45,123 bases of DNA. Origin: Octopus sinensis. Lineage: Eukaryota. Shown one piece after another: positions 21,120 to 32,792 of the stretch. A program made the position numbers and the translations under genes. The notes under the pieces were generated by a model. That model was not told where the DNA came from. It saw only the letters and a program-made list of their open reading frames with translations, and ran no database searches. Each line of letters starts with the position of its first letter. The stretch's first letter is position 1. Location of the stretch: assembly GCF_006345805.1 (NCBI RefSeq), contig NW_021834928.1, forward strand, positions 1-45,123, in the 5' to 3' direction.

Positions 21120-21660
21120 GTAAACAGTAAAAATAATTACAGACATGGACAAGAACATGAAACACCACAGAGACGACACAAGAACCACAGGACGGGACAT
21201 TCGAAGCCCTCAGTCATCAGTCAAGAACCAGATCATCTTAGCAATTTCGGCTGATTAATCTTGAGATTGCTCCGATATGGCCAGCCCCCCAAGGGAAATC
21301 TAAGCCAAGCGCATTAGATCCCCTGGAAGAAAGCTTCGAATGTATACAACGCGAGGACGGAAAACGAACGAAGTACATAAACAAAAATACAGAATACGTG
21401 ACACCAATAAGAATACAAAAACGTAAAAAAACAATAACGGTAAAAATAAAAATAAAAAATAAACAACAAAACAAAACCAGGACGTAGGACAAGGGTCTTT
21501 CGACAGGACGAGTTGAGTATGGGGCTGGCTTGTGAAGTTGTGCCTAATGGCCACGGGGAGACGAACAAATACGTGTTGCTTCTGCGGCTGCTGAAAACGA
21601 AAAGAGCGCTCAACAGCGGCTAGCTGTCACGTGAGAACAAAAGACAGGAGAGAGGGACAG
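21120..21660 (-). mobile_element. Probable terminal-repeat region of a second PLE-type family
   Basis: Homologous to 6200-6590 and 29505-29700; abuts (TA)n tail-to-tail with the preceding PLE; no coding evidence. Confidence 0.45.
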
Positions 21661-21831
21661 ATGAAAAGAGAGAGAAGGTGGACGAGGGAGGAGAAGAAAG
21701 AGACAGATCGAGGGGGCTGGAGGTGAGAGAGATAGAGAAACGTGGAAGGGGGGGGAGACGGATGGAGAGGGAAAGAAAGGAAGGGGAATAAGGGAGGAGA
21801 GAGAGAGAGAAAAAGAGACAGATTAAGAGTC

Positions 21832-21865
<34 letters not shown>

Positions 21866-22462
21866 GTATATATATATACACGCACACAGACACGCATTTA
21901 TAGTTGAAATTTATAGAAAAACAAAAGACGAAAGCAGGTGTATGAACAATAAGCAAGTGTATTAGTTTGATGTGCAGGAAAATGCTAGTCTTTTATGGAT
22001 CAGGGCATGGATAAGTCTTGAAAAAATTACAAAAATCGAATCCAGGTGAGAATGCGATCGATAAAGCCGTGGACAATCATTTTTCTTTGGAATAGAAAAA
22101 AAGTCTATCTTTATTTCTTCTTTTGCTGGATTCTCAAATTTAGATTAAATCAGTGTTTCTCAAAGGGGAGGCCTATGGGATGGTCGGACAACTTGTTTTG
22201 AGAAAATTTGGTTTAAATGTTTGACAACTCAGCACCGTCCATTGGACGGGGGGCGTTTTGCTCGTATATATATATATATATATATATATAAAGAGAGAGA
22301 GAGAGAGCAATAAAAAATCTACAGATGGAGAAGGACCTTCTACTATCACGTTCTTAATGATAAAATTAACCTCTATGTCTATATATCTACACTCTTTGTA
22401 ATGTTGGCAAATGAAATAAGTATAAAAATGTATATTGTCCATTTAATTAAAAAAATTCTATA

Positions 22463-22550
22463 TGTGGCTGAAGATTGCTTTACATTTTAAAACTGATGTA
22501 ATACTTACAGTGTTTAATAAAATAAAGTAGCATGAAACGATTGTACTACA
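22463..22550 (+). ncRNA. Minimal type I hammerhead ribozyme (family 3, canonical core)
   Basis: Stem I TGTGG/CTACA; CTGAAGA; long stem II closed by TGCT/AGCA; GAAAC-GATT-GTA; predicted cleavage after 22545; lies within a repeat (~22375-22585) shared with ~29703-29905. Confidence 0.72.
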
Positions 22551-22762
22551 CTACCTTGGATATCCTTGTTGCTTATTTTGATTATATATATATATATAAA
22601 TACCAAGGTCAATACGTTCAACTAAAACTTCTTCAATGTGATGCCCCAGCATGGCCACAGTCTAGTGACTAACACAAGTAAAAGATAAAAGATATTTATA
22701 TGTACTTACTTATATTTCTTTCTCTTCTCTTTACCAGTTCTAAAAATCCTCATCATCAAACT

Positions 22763-23017
22763 ATGACAGACAGTGAAAAAGAACCCCTCATCCAATCTCC
22801 TCCAAGAAGAGAACGTTTGGCTTCAGAAAGGAGCATCCATTCTGAACTGAGTGTTCACAGTATACTTTCATCTCCTGACCCGACAGGCTGCAAAATATGT
22901 CCCACTTTCATCACAGACCTTGGATACAAAGAGAAACTAACAATTCTCTGTATGTGTTTAATTACTTTTGTACAATGCCTCTGTTTCTCTGTTCTGGCCC
23001 CTTTTTTCCCCAAAGAA
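22763..23017 (+). CDS. SLC18B1: SLC18B1-like MFS transporter, coding exon 1
   Basis: Acceptor TTTACCAG ends 22737; MTDSEKEPL...CFSVLAPFFPKE; donor GTAAGT; matches the family motif S-x-LGPFFPKE. The start codon is the least certain part. Confidence 0.88.
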
Positions 23018-23147
23018 GTAAGTACCCATTTTCTAATTCTGACTTATAACCATTCATTTATTCCCCTTGTTTGCTGTGTGTGTGTTGGATGTTCGTGGTC
23101 AATACTTCATTATTCAAATTTCCATAGGCTGCAATGAATTTACTTAA

Positions 23148-25223
23148 CCCTTTTGTTTCCGCATTTCTTTTGAGATGCTTTGTGTTCCTTTCAATTACTT
23201 TTGAATATAACAAAGAATTTAGTAAAATAACTTAGTTATCATTCAGCTAGTGTTAGGAGCATAAATTGTGACTAAGGTTTGGCGGAAGATGTTAATTCAA
23301 AACTTATGAAAACCAGATATTTGTACTACAGAGTCAGAGCTGGTTTCAGCTGGGTTGGTAACAAAAGGGTTAAATATAACAAAGAATTTAGTAAAATAAC
23401 TTAGTTATCATTCAGCTAGTGTTAGGAACATAAATTGTGACAAAGGTTTGGTGGAAGATTTTAAAGAAAAACTTATGAAAACCAGATATTTGTACTACAG
23501 AGTCAGAGCTGGTTTCAGCTGGGTTGGTAACAAAAGGGTTAAATATAACAAAGAATTTAGTAAAATAACTTGGTTATCATTCAGCTAGTGTTAGGAACAT
23601 AAATTGTGACTAAGGTTTGGTGGAAGATTTTAATTCAGAACTTATAAAAACCAGATATTTGTACTACAGAGTCAGAGCTGGTTTCAGCTGGGTTGGTAAC
23701 AAAAGGGTTAAATATAACAAAGAATTTAGTAAAATAACTTAGTTATCATTCAGCTAGTGTTAGGAGCATAAATTGTGACTAAGGTTTGGTGGAAGATTTC
23801 GATTCAAAACTTATGAAAACCAGATATTTGTACTACAGAGTCAGAGCTGGTTTCAGCTGGGTTGGTAACAAAAGGGTTAAATATAACAAAGAATTTAGTA
23901 AAATAACTTAGTTATCATTCAGCTAGTGTTAGGAGCATAAATTGTGACTAAGGTTTGGTGGAAGATTTCGATTCAAAACTTATGAAAACCAGATATTGTA
24001 CTACAGAGTCAGAGCTGGTTTCAGCTGGGTTGGTAACAAAAGGGTAAATATAACAAAGAATTAGTAAAATAACTTAGTTATCATTCAGCTAGTGTTAGGA
24101 GCATAAATTGTGACTAAGGTTTGGTGGAAGATTTTGATTCAAAACTTATGAAAACCAGATATTTGTACTACAGAGTCAGAGCTGGTTTCAGCTGGGTTGG
24201 TAACAGAAGGGTTAAATATAACAAAGAATTTAGTAAAATAACTTAGTTATCATTCAGCTAGTGTTAGGAACATAAATTGTGACTAAGGTTTGGTGGAAGA
24301 TGTTAATTCAAAACTTGTGAAAACAAAACATTTGTACTACAGAGCCAGAGCTGGTTTCAGCTGGGTTGGTAACAAAAGGGTTAAATATAACAAAGAATTT
24401 AGTAAAATAACTTAGTTATCATTCAGCTAGTGTTAGGAACATAAATTGTGACTAAGGTTTGGTGGAAGATGTTAATTCAAAACTTGTGAAAACAAAACAT
24501 TTGTACTACAGAGCCAGAGCTGGTTTCAGCTGGGTTGGTAACAAAAGGGTTAAATATAACAAAGAATTTAGTAAAATAACTTAGTTATCATTCAGCTAGT
24601 GTTAGGAACATAAATTGTGACTAAGGTTTGGTGGAAGATGTTAATTCAAAACTTGTGAAAACAAAACATTTGTACTACAGAGCAGAGCTGGTTTCAGCTG
24701 GTTGGTAACAAAAGGGTTAAATATAACAAAGAATTTAGTAAAATAACTTAGTTATCATTCAGCTAGTGTTAGGAACATAAATTGTGACTAAGGTTTGGTG
24801 GAAGATGTTAATTCAAAACTTGTGAAAACAAAACATTTGTACTACAGAGCCAGAGCTGGTTTCAGCTGGGTTGGTAACAAAAGGGTTAAATATAACAAAG
24901 AATTTAGTAAAATAACTTAGTTATCATTCAGCTAGTGTTAGGAACATAAATTGTGACTAAGGTTTGGTGGAAGATGTTAATTCAAAACTTATGAAAACCA
25001 GATATTTGTACTACAGAGTCAGAGCTGGTTTCAGCTGGGTTGGTAACAAAAGGGTTAAATATAACAATGAATTTAGTAAAATAACTTGGTTATCATTCAG
25101 CTGGTGTTAGGAACATAAATTGTGACTAAGGTTTGGTGGAAGATGTTAATTCAAAACTTGTGAAAACAAAACATTTGTACCTCAGAGCCAGAGCTGGTTT
25201 CAGCTGGGTTGGTAACAAAAGGG
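23148..25223 (+). repeat. piggyBac-type MITE expanded into a 12 x ~169 bp tandem array
   Basis: TTAA|CCCTTTTGTT...AACAAAAGGG|TTAA; unit starts at 23204, 23373, 23542, 23711, 23880, 24047, 24215, 24384, 24553, 24720, 24889, 25058. Confidence 0.9.
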
Positions 25224-25434
25224 TTAAACCTTTTGATACCAACCCACCTGAGACTGCACCTTGTTTTCTGATATAAACTTCAAGTTTTAAAGTGATCCTT
25301 ATTGAAATCTCCCATCCAAATTTCCCATTAATTTATGTTCCCAATGCTGTGAGTGGGTGACCAAATGTCTTCAATCTTTCCAAAACACTGGCACTTAGAA
25401 TGGACTGACAATTTTAATACATCTTTATTTTTTT

Positions 25435-25835
25435 TATTCTTTTACTTGTTTCAGTCATGTGACTGTGGCCATGCTGGAGCACTGCCTTTAGTCGATCAAA
25501 TCGACCCCAGGACTTATTCTTTGTAAGTCTAGTACTTATTCTATTGGTCTCTTTTGCCGAACCGCTAAGTTACGGGGACGTAAACACGCCAGCATCGGTT
25601 GTCAAGCGATGTTGGGGGGGACAAACACAGACACACAAACGTATACACATGCACACATATATATATACATACATATATACGGCGGGCTTCTTTCAGTTTC
25701 CGTCTACCAAATCCACTCACAAGGCTTTGGTCAGCCAGAGGCTATAGTAGAAGACACCTGCCCAAGATGCCACGCAGTGGGACTGAACCCGGAACCATGT
25801 GGTTGGTTAGCAAGCTACTTACCACACAGCCACTC
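25435..25835 (-). mobile_element. SINE family A
   Basis: Full-length reverse copy. Confidence 0.9.
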
Positions 25836-26149
25836 CTAAGACATTTGAGTATGGATTTGCTTTAAGTCTTAGGATATCTTTTCATTATTTCCTTACATTG
25901 CCAGTCAAATGTGCATGATACCAACTTAATTTCCCTCATACGTTTTTAAATCTCCATCACTTTATATTCCTCAGAGACAATCTTCCGTTTCACCAGGTAA
26001 TTCTACTAGGCCTGACATTTTGGGGGAGGGGACCAGTTGATTACATCGATCCCAGTGCATAACTGGTGCTTAGTTTATCGAATAATGTTTATGGAATAAT
26101 GTTTGCCTCTGAAGCCCTCTTTCATGGGGCTGAAACGATGATAGTCCAG

Positions 26150-26394
26150 TGCCGAGGAAGTGAAAACTGTAGTGAAGAAGTGGCTCAAAGAACAGTTGGC
26201 AGAATTTTATGGGGCAGGGATACATGCTCTCATTCAAAGGTGAAATATTGCTATTGAGAGAAACAGTGACTATGTTGAGAAGTAGGGATGTGATCCACAG
26301 AGGACCAGATTCATTTTGATGTATGATACATGTTCCTATGTTGGTAATTATACCTGTCCTAAACAAAATGGCATTACTTTTTGACTCACCCTCG
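26150..26394 (+). mobile_element. Mariner 3' fragment
   Basis: KTVVKKWLKEQLAEFYGAGIHALIQR*NIAIERNSDYVEK*; right TIR ..TTACTTTTTGACTCACCCTCG|TA. Confidence 0.85.
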
Positions 26395-26416
26395 TATAAT
26401 AACAATACTTATCTCA

Positions 26417-26832
26417 AAGGCAGTGAGCTGGCAGAATTGTTAGCACGCCGGGAGAAATGCTTAGCCATATTTCGTCTGCCGTTATGTTCTGAGTTCAAAT
26501 CCTGCCGAGGTCGACTTTGCCTTTCATCCTTTCGGGGTCGATAAATTAAGTACCAGTTACGAACTGGGTCGATGTAATCGACTTAATCCGTTTGTCTGTC
26601 CTAGTTTGTCCCCTCTGTGTTTAGCCCCTTGTGGGTAGTAAAGAAATAAATATTTTGTCTGCCGCTACGTTCTGTGTTCAAATTCCGCCGAGGTCGACTT
26701 TGCTTTTCATCCTTTTGGGGTCGATAAATTAAGTACCAGTTACGAACTGGGGTCGATGTAATCAACTTAATCCGTTTGTCTATCCTAGTTTTTCCCCTCT
26801 GTGTTTAACCCCTTGTGGGTAATAAAGAAGCA
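26417..26832 (+). mobile_element. SINE family B dimer
   Basis: TSD TATAATA(A/C)CAATACTTATCTCA at 26395-26416 and 26833-26854. Confidence 0.88.
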
Positions 26833-27109
26833 TATAATACCAATACTTATCTCAGCTACTCTCTGTTTTTGAATCCCTCCTTATCTCATTCAGCCTGATA
26901 ACTCCTGTGTCAACTTGATCTGAATACTATTACATGCCTCTCTTTACCTCAGTGATGTTATTTAAATCTCATTTTATTCATCTCAGCTGCCCTAAATACA
27001 AGTAGATGACCTAGTCGCATTCAACCCACTTATTACCATATTTCTGATGAAATACTCTGGTTTTGTTTCAATTAATTTTCAAAATAACAAAAAATTTAGT
27101 AAAATATCT

Positions 27110-27531
27110 GGATCTTTTCGGTTTGAATGGCAGTTTTTAACATAATTCCCAGGTAACTAAAAAATTTAAAACTTCGTATACTCGTAGAATGTGTTTATAA
27201 AACATCTTTTTCTCTTGGCTTTATTGAGAAAATTCTATAGTTTGTAAGATATTTGTTGTTGTTTTTCTTCAATTTCTGCAATTTCAACCAATCAATTACG
27301 TGTATTGAGGTAAAAAACATTCCAAGCCGTATGAATATGTCCCTTGTTTAAGGAACAGATTGGGTTTATTTACATTTGTGAAGAAAAAAGATACCTTCCC
27401 CCCTCCCCTAACCCTAACCCTAACCCTAAAACAGATTGAAATGCAATAGATCGATACTAGGGTCATAATTATGGGTGACAATTTCATATGACACCGCTAG
27501 AAAAATACTGCCGTTCAAACCGAAAAGATCC
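27110..27531. mobile_element. Second copy of the Merlin-like MITE
   Basis: Colinear with 860-1275, TIR GGATCTTTTCGGTTTGAA; no TSD visible. Confidence 0.88.
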
Positions 27532-27819
27532 CCCCCCATTGTAACCCCTCCATATAACCTCTCTAAACCCTATCTTAACCAATCTATTCATCCTTGCTCT
27601 TCAGTATACTCGTTTGCACACTCCTTCACTATTCTCTTTGTCTTTCTCTCTCTTTCTCCTTCTATTTATCTATCTGTTCTTTCACTCCCTCTCTCCCTCT
27701 CTCTTTTCTTCTCTCTTTTACTTTTTCTTTCTCAGTTTTCCTCTCTCTCTCTCTCTTTCCTTTCTCTGTTTATCTCTCTTTTCCTCCCCTTTTCTCTCAC
27801 ACTATTTCTCTCTTTTGCC

Positions 27820-28240
27820 TTTCAAGCATTTGTCTTATGAAGAAAGGCTGAAGATGCTCGAATCTTTATTCTCTTGAAAAACGACGACGCCGTGGTGATC
27901 TCATTCTTGCTCACAATATCATAAGCGGAAGGTGTAACCTCTCGAAAGATCTGTTCTTCACTCCTGCTCCAGAACGTCGGCTGCGGGGTCACTCCGAAAA
28001 GCTCTATCTGCGACGATTTCATCTCAATCGAAGGAGAGGGGTTTTCTCCGTCCAGGTTGCGGATCCGTGGAATAAGCTGCCGGACGAGATAGTGAAGATG
28101 CCGACGACCGCTCGGTTCAAAGTCTCTCTTGACCAGAAATAGCCTGAACTCTTTGCATGAACACCACCTTGTACATAACTCCCTGTCCCCCTACATGGCC
28201 TTGCTTTTCGCTTTTTGAGCCAAAAAATTAACTTAACTTT
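27820..28240 (+). mobile_element. CR1-type LINE 3' end (second family)
   Basis: HLSYEERLKML..LEKRRRRGDLI...RGH...PWNKLP; (TTAAC)n-like tail. Confidence 0.85.
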
Positions 28241-28444
28241 CTCTTCTCCCTTTTTTGCTCCCTTTCCTTCACTTTCTCTTTCTCTCTTTTACTCCTTCTT
28301 TTCCCTCTCTCTTCACCCCTCCACCCTCTCTCACACTTTCAATAATTAACTCTTCTCCCTCCTACCGCCACCACCACCATCAATTACCTTCAATTTAACC
28401 AACACTCTTTCTCTATATCTAACCTTCTCCTTCGTATTCTTTAG

Positions 28445-28540
28445 GCTGAGGAGAAAGGATTGAATTCTTCAGAAACCGGGATGATTTTTGGTGTTTTTGA
28501 ATTGATGATCTTCTTAACAGCACCAATCTTTGGAGCATAC
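28445..28540 (+). CDS. SLC18B1: SLC18B1-like, coding exon 2
   Basis: TTTAG|AEEKGLNSSETGMIFGVFELMIFLTAPIFGAY|GTGAGT; 96 nt, phase 0-0. Confidence 0.93.
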
Positions 28541-28619
28541 GTGAGTTTGATGATTTTTCTCCTTCCTTTTTTGTTATTGTTTATCCCAAAGACCTGCCTT
28601 GATCCTTTTCTACTCTTGG

Positions 28620-29168
28620 CACAAGGCCCGAAATTTTGAGGGAGGGGGTGCAGTTAATTAGATCGACCCCAGTATGCAACTGATACTTAATTTATCAGCC
28701 CCGAAAGGATGAAATGCAAAGTCAACCTCAGTGGAATTTGAACTCAGAACGTAAAGACAGACGAAATACTTATTTCTTTATTACCCACAAGGGGCTAAAT
28801 ATAGAGGGGACAAACAAGGACAGACAAATGGATTAAGTCGATTATATCGACCCCAGTGCATAACTGGTACTTATTTAATCAACCCCGAAAGGAGGAAAGG
28901 CAAAGTCGACCTCGGCAGAATTTGAACTCAGAATGTAACAACAGACGAAATACCTATTTCTTTATTACCCACAAGAGGCTAAATACAGAGGGGACAAACA
29001 AGGACAGACAAACGGATTAAGTCGATTGTATCGACCCCAGTGCATAACTGGTATTTATTTAATCGACCCCAAAAGGATGAAAGGCAAAGTCGACCTCGGC
29101 GGAATTTGAACTCAGAACGTAACAACAGACGAAATACCGCTAAGCATTTCACCCAGCGTACTAATATT
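28620..29168 (-). mobile_element. SINE family B trimer; distal unit has the older tail type
   Basis: Junctions at ~28770 and ~28955; last unit ends in ..GGCCTTGTGCCAA rather than ..AAAGAAATA. Confidence 0.8.
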
Positions 29169-29467
29169 AGGCCTGCCTTAGTTCAAGGAAGCCTATGATC
29201 AAAGTCAATCCAGCTGTGACTATCATGTTATTTTATTTACACAGCATGTATTTAAGAATACATGTAATGTCCCCTTCCTATTTTTATAGAATCTAGGCAA
29301 AGGGATGGCTGTGTTGGTCAGCACTAGCATAGCTGTATGGTCAGGAATATTGCTTTCCAACCTTCAGGTCTTGGGTTCACACCTACTTTGAGAGACCTTG
29401 GATAAATGTTCTCTATTATAGCCCTGGTGACTAGATTTGGTTGATGGAAACTGAAAGAATCCCACTA

Positions 29468-29504
<37 letters not shown>

Positions 29505-29506
<2 letters not shown>

Positions 29507-29700
29507 GAAAATGGGACAAGAATGCAAAATATCCAGAGAGTTAGGTGATACAAAAAAGGGGACAACAAAACATCCAGATAGAGGATACAAAGAAAACAAG
29601 GATGGGTCATTCAGAGTTTTCTTTCCTCAGTCGAGTTCCAGATTATCTTTGCAATTTTGGCTGGTTATACTCGAGATTGCTCCAATCTGGCCAGCCCCTC
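29505..29700 (-). mobile_element. Diverged PLE-type terminal repeat fragment
   Basis: GAGATTGCTCC...GGCCAGCCCC shared with 21260-21290. Confidence 0.5.
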
Positions 29701-29783
29701 TCTGTCTATATTATCTACCCTCTTTATAATGTTATCAATTAACATGAAAATAAGTATATGTATTGATGGAAAACCTCTATAAA

Positions 29784-29867
29784 TGGCTGATGATTGCTCA
29801 ACATTTTAAAACTGTTGTAATACTTACAACGTTTAATAAAATGATGTAGCGTGAAACGATCATACCA
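29784..29867 (+). ncRNA. Hammerhead ribozyme family 3, second copy (degenerate stem III)
   Basis: TGG / CTGATGA / TGCT..AGCG / GAAAC-GATC-ATA / CCA. Confidence 0.6.
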
Positions 29868-30042
29868 AATTACTGAAGATATTCTTGTTGCTTATTTTGA
29901 TTATAATCACCCCATGGACTCATATGGATAACACCGTACAAAATTCTGGTGCATCTAATTTAAGTACCACATTCATTTGAATCTAAATTTTGCTGAACGT
30001 ATATATATATATATCATCATTATCACCATCATCATTTCATAA

Positions 30043-30340
30043 GTTGTTGTTTGTTCCTTCTCGAGCCATACCTGGCTCATAAGGGCTGGTTTCATTGGCA
30101 TATAGGTTCCCCACCTGGATAAGACGCTGGTCCATTGCAGGTGAGCTGCTAGATGCAGGCGGAAAGAGTGAGATAAAGTTGTGACAAAAGGCGTAAGCAG
30201 AAGTTCGCCATTACCTTCTACCGGAGCCATGTGGAACTTAGGTGTTTCACTCATAAACACACACATTGTCCAGTCTGACATTCGAACCCACTATCCCTTG
30301 ACCACGAGCCCACTGCTCTAGCCACCTGGCCATGTGTTCT
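30043..30340 (-). mobile_element. SINE family C2
   Basis: Colinear with 2826-3131, more diverged. Confidence 0.8.
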
Positions 30341-30441
30341 ACCATCATCTTACATATATCGCAGGCATGGCGAATTCTGTAGGCGGAAGTTATTGTCATG
30401 TGTGTCCAACCCATGCTAGCATGGAAAACGGACACTAAACA

Positions 30442-30477
<36 letters not shown>

Positions 30478-30872
30478 TACATGTGTGCATAAGTACTTGT
30501 GCCTCCTAACAGAGAAGGATATATGTCATCACCATCATCATCATCATCATTTAATGTCTGTTGTCCATGCTGGCATGGGTTGGATGGCTTGACCATAGCT
30601 CATAAGGCCAGCGGCCACACCAGACTCCATTGTCTATTCTGGCAAGGTTGCCTTCCTAACACCAACCACTCCAGACTGTACTGGATACTTTTTACGTGGC
30701 AATAAATAGACAGACGGACAGACAGATAGATATTCACCATCACTATATCCACCTCCACTACCACACACCACCATCACACACCACAATCATCACCACCACC
30801 ACCACCACCACCGCCACTATTATGATCAACCATCACCACTCTATTCCTCCTCATTTCCTTTTTCCATTTCAG

Positions 30873-30946
30873 TTAACCCAATTTGGGATTCTGTTCACAT
30901 ACATATCTGGTTGTCTTGTGGCTGGTTCCTGTTCAATTATATTTGG
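30873..30946 (+). CDS. SLC18B1: SLC18B1-like, coding exon 3
   Basis: TTTCAG|LTQFGILFTYISGCLVAGSCSIIF(G)|GTAAGT; 74 nt, phase 0-2. Confidence 0.92.
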
Positions 30947-30960
30947 GTAAGTAAACCTAA

Positions 30961-31571
30961 GAATCATTCATTCATTGTTCGACCATGGTCGAGACAATGG
31001 AATTTACTATGTTACGCCAGACTTCACGGTCCATTATGGCATTACGGAGGTCCTGTTGCTGGATGCCTGTATCCCTGGAGATTACATCAGGGTAGGAGAG
31101 TGTATGCCCTCTGGTATCGCACACTTAAATACGCTCTTAAATATGGTTTCTGATTACAAATATCTTGGGTCATACATATCATCATCTGAAAAAGATTTTC
31201 TAACTAGAAAGGGTATGGCCTGGTCAGCCTGTAATGATATGCATAATATCTGGTCATCAAATCTAAGTAGAGATTTCAAACTTAAAATCTTCAAAGCCAC
31301 AGTCGAACCAATTCTACAATATGGCTCAGAAACCTTGATGTTATCAAAGAAGCTTCAGAGGCGGTTGGATGGAACTTACACTTGCCTCCTTATGAGAGCT
31401 CAAAATCTCTCGTGTAAGCGTCATCCAACCAAAGTAAAAATATATGGGAAATTACCACCTGTATCATCTCTTGTGAAAGTTAGAAGAGTCCAGTTTGCTG
31501 GACATTGTTGTAGAGCTGAAAACGAGGTAATTTCTACTCTTCTCCTCTGGAAGCCATCTGCTTGCGATACC
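30961..31571. mobile_element. RTE-like LINE fragment with 5' inversion
   Basis: + strand 31140-31571 DYKYLGSYI...ILQYGSET...RRVQFAGHC...LWKPSACDT; - strand 31121-30961 CDTRGHTLSYPDVISRD...MDREVWRNIV...EQ* plus (TGAA)n tail. Confidence 0.85.
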
Positions 31572-31704
31572 TGGTGCCATTCTTCATTTTATTTATCTAT
31601 GTGATGCATGGTTTTCTTACCTGTGTTGTTTAAACCCTTAAGTCATCCCTGAAGGCACATGGCTTAATGGTAAAGATATTTGGCTCACGATTAGGCGTGA
31701 GATA

Positions 31705-31872
31705 TTAGGCTCAGGAGTGGGTGTGTGGTAAGTAGCTTTTTTACCAACCACATGGTTCCAGGTTCATTCCTACTGCATGGCACCTTGGGCAAGTGTCTTC
31801 TATTATAACCTCGGGCCAACCAAAGCCTTGTGAGTGGATTTGGTAGACGGAAACTGAAAGAAGCCCGTCGTA

Positions 31873-31905
<33 letters not shown>

Positions 31906-32128
31906 GCATGTGTGTGTTTGTGTGTCTGTGTTTGTCCCCCTAGCATTGCTTGACAACCGATGGTGGTGTGTTTATGCCCCCGTCACTTAGCAGTTCGGCA
32001 AAAGAGACCCATAGAATAAGTACTGGGCTTACAAAGAATAAGTTCCGGAGTCGATTTGCTCGACTAAAGGCGGTGCTCCAGCATGGCCGTAGTCAAATGA
32101 CTGAAACAAGTAAAAGAGTAAAGAGAGT
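31705..32128 (+). mobile_element. SINE family A
   Basis: Full-length copy. Confidence 0.88.
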
Positions 32129-32792
32129 AATAAACATCCAGTATGAAACTGCCTGATTATAAGTCTGATAGGACACCCAGCTGTAGAAAATCTGCCTCAT
32201 TAAACTCAGTCCAACCCATACAAGCATGGAGAAGTGGACATTGGGAGAAATTTGGCTGCTATTTCTAGCAAGTTGAGCAACTTTCTTGAGTTTGTATCGT
32301 TCTCACACTCCCTCACTCTCCCTCACTCTCTCTCTCTCATTCCTTCTCTCACTTATTCCCACATCCACTCTCTGTCTCTCTCCCTTGCTTTAGCTCCCTT
32401 GCTTCCTATCCATCGCTCTCTCTCTCTCTCTATCTATCTCTCCCTCACTCCCCATCTTTCTCGCTCCGTCTTTCCCTTGCTTCCTCTCTTGCTCACTTCC
32501 TCTCTCCCTTTCTGCCCCCACTTGGTCCAGGAATTGAAAGCACAAGATTGTGGTTTCAATTCCTGGATCAGGCAATGCATTGTTGTTCTTCATTTCACAT
32601 TGCTCCGTTCCACGCAGCTGGTGGTGCTCCAACATGGCCGCAGTCAAATACTGAAACAAGTAAAAGAGTAAAATCCTACAACATATTGGCTTCTTGTCCA
32701 GGGAGGAGTATATATGCCAGAGAAAGCCAGTAATTGGCCCTATACTCCTTAAGGAGTAATGTGGACCAAGCCATATGTACTTAAAGAGTATA

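Noticed and set aside
23148-25223. CRISPR-like array
   Set aside because: Units are near-identical over their whole 169 bp with no unique spacers, the context is eukaryotic, and the unit is part of a MITE.
30975-31604. 209 aa ORF as a novel fusion protein
   Set aside because: The N-terminal part is the antisense of the inverted LINE end; the open frame is incidental.
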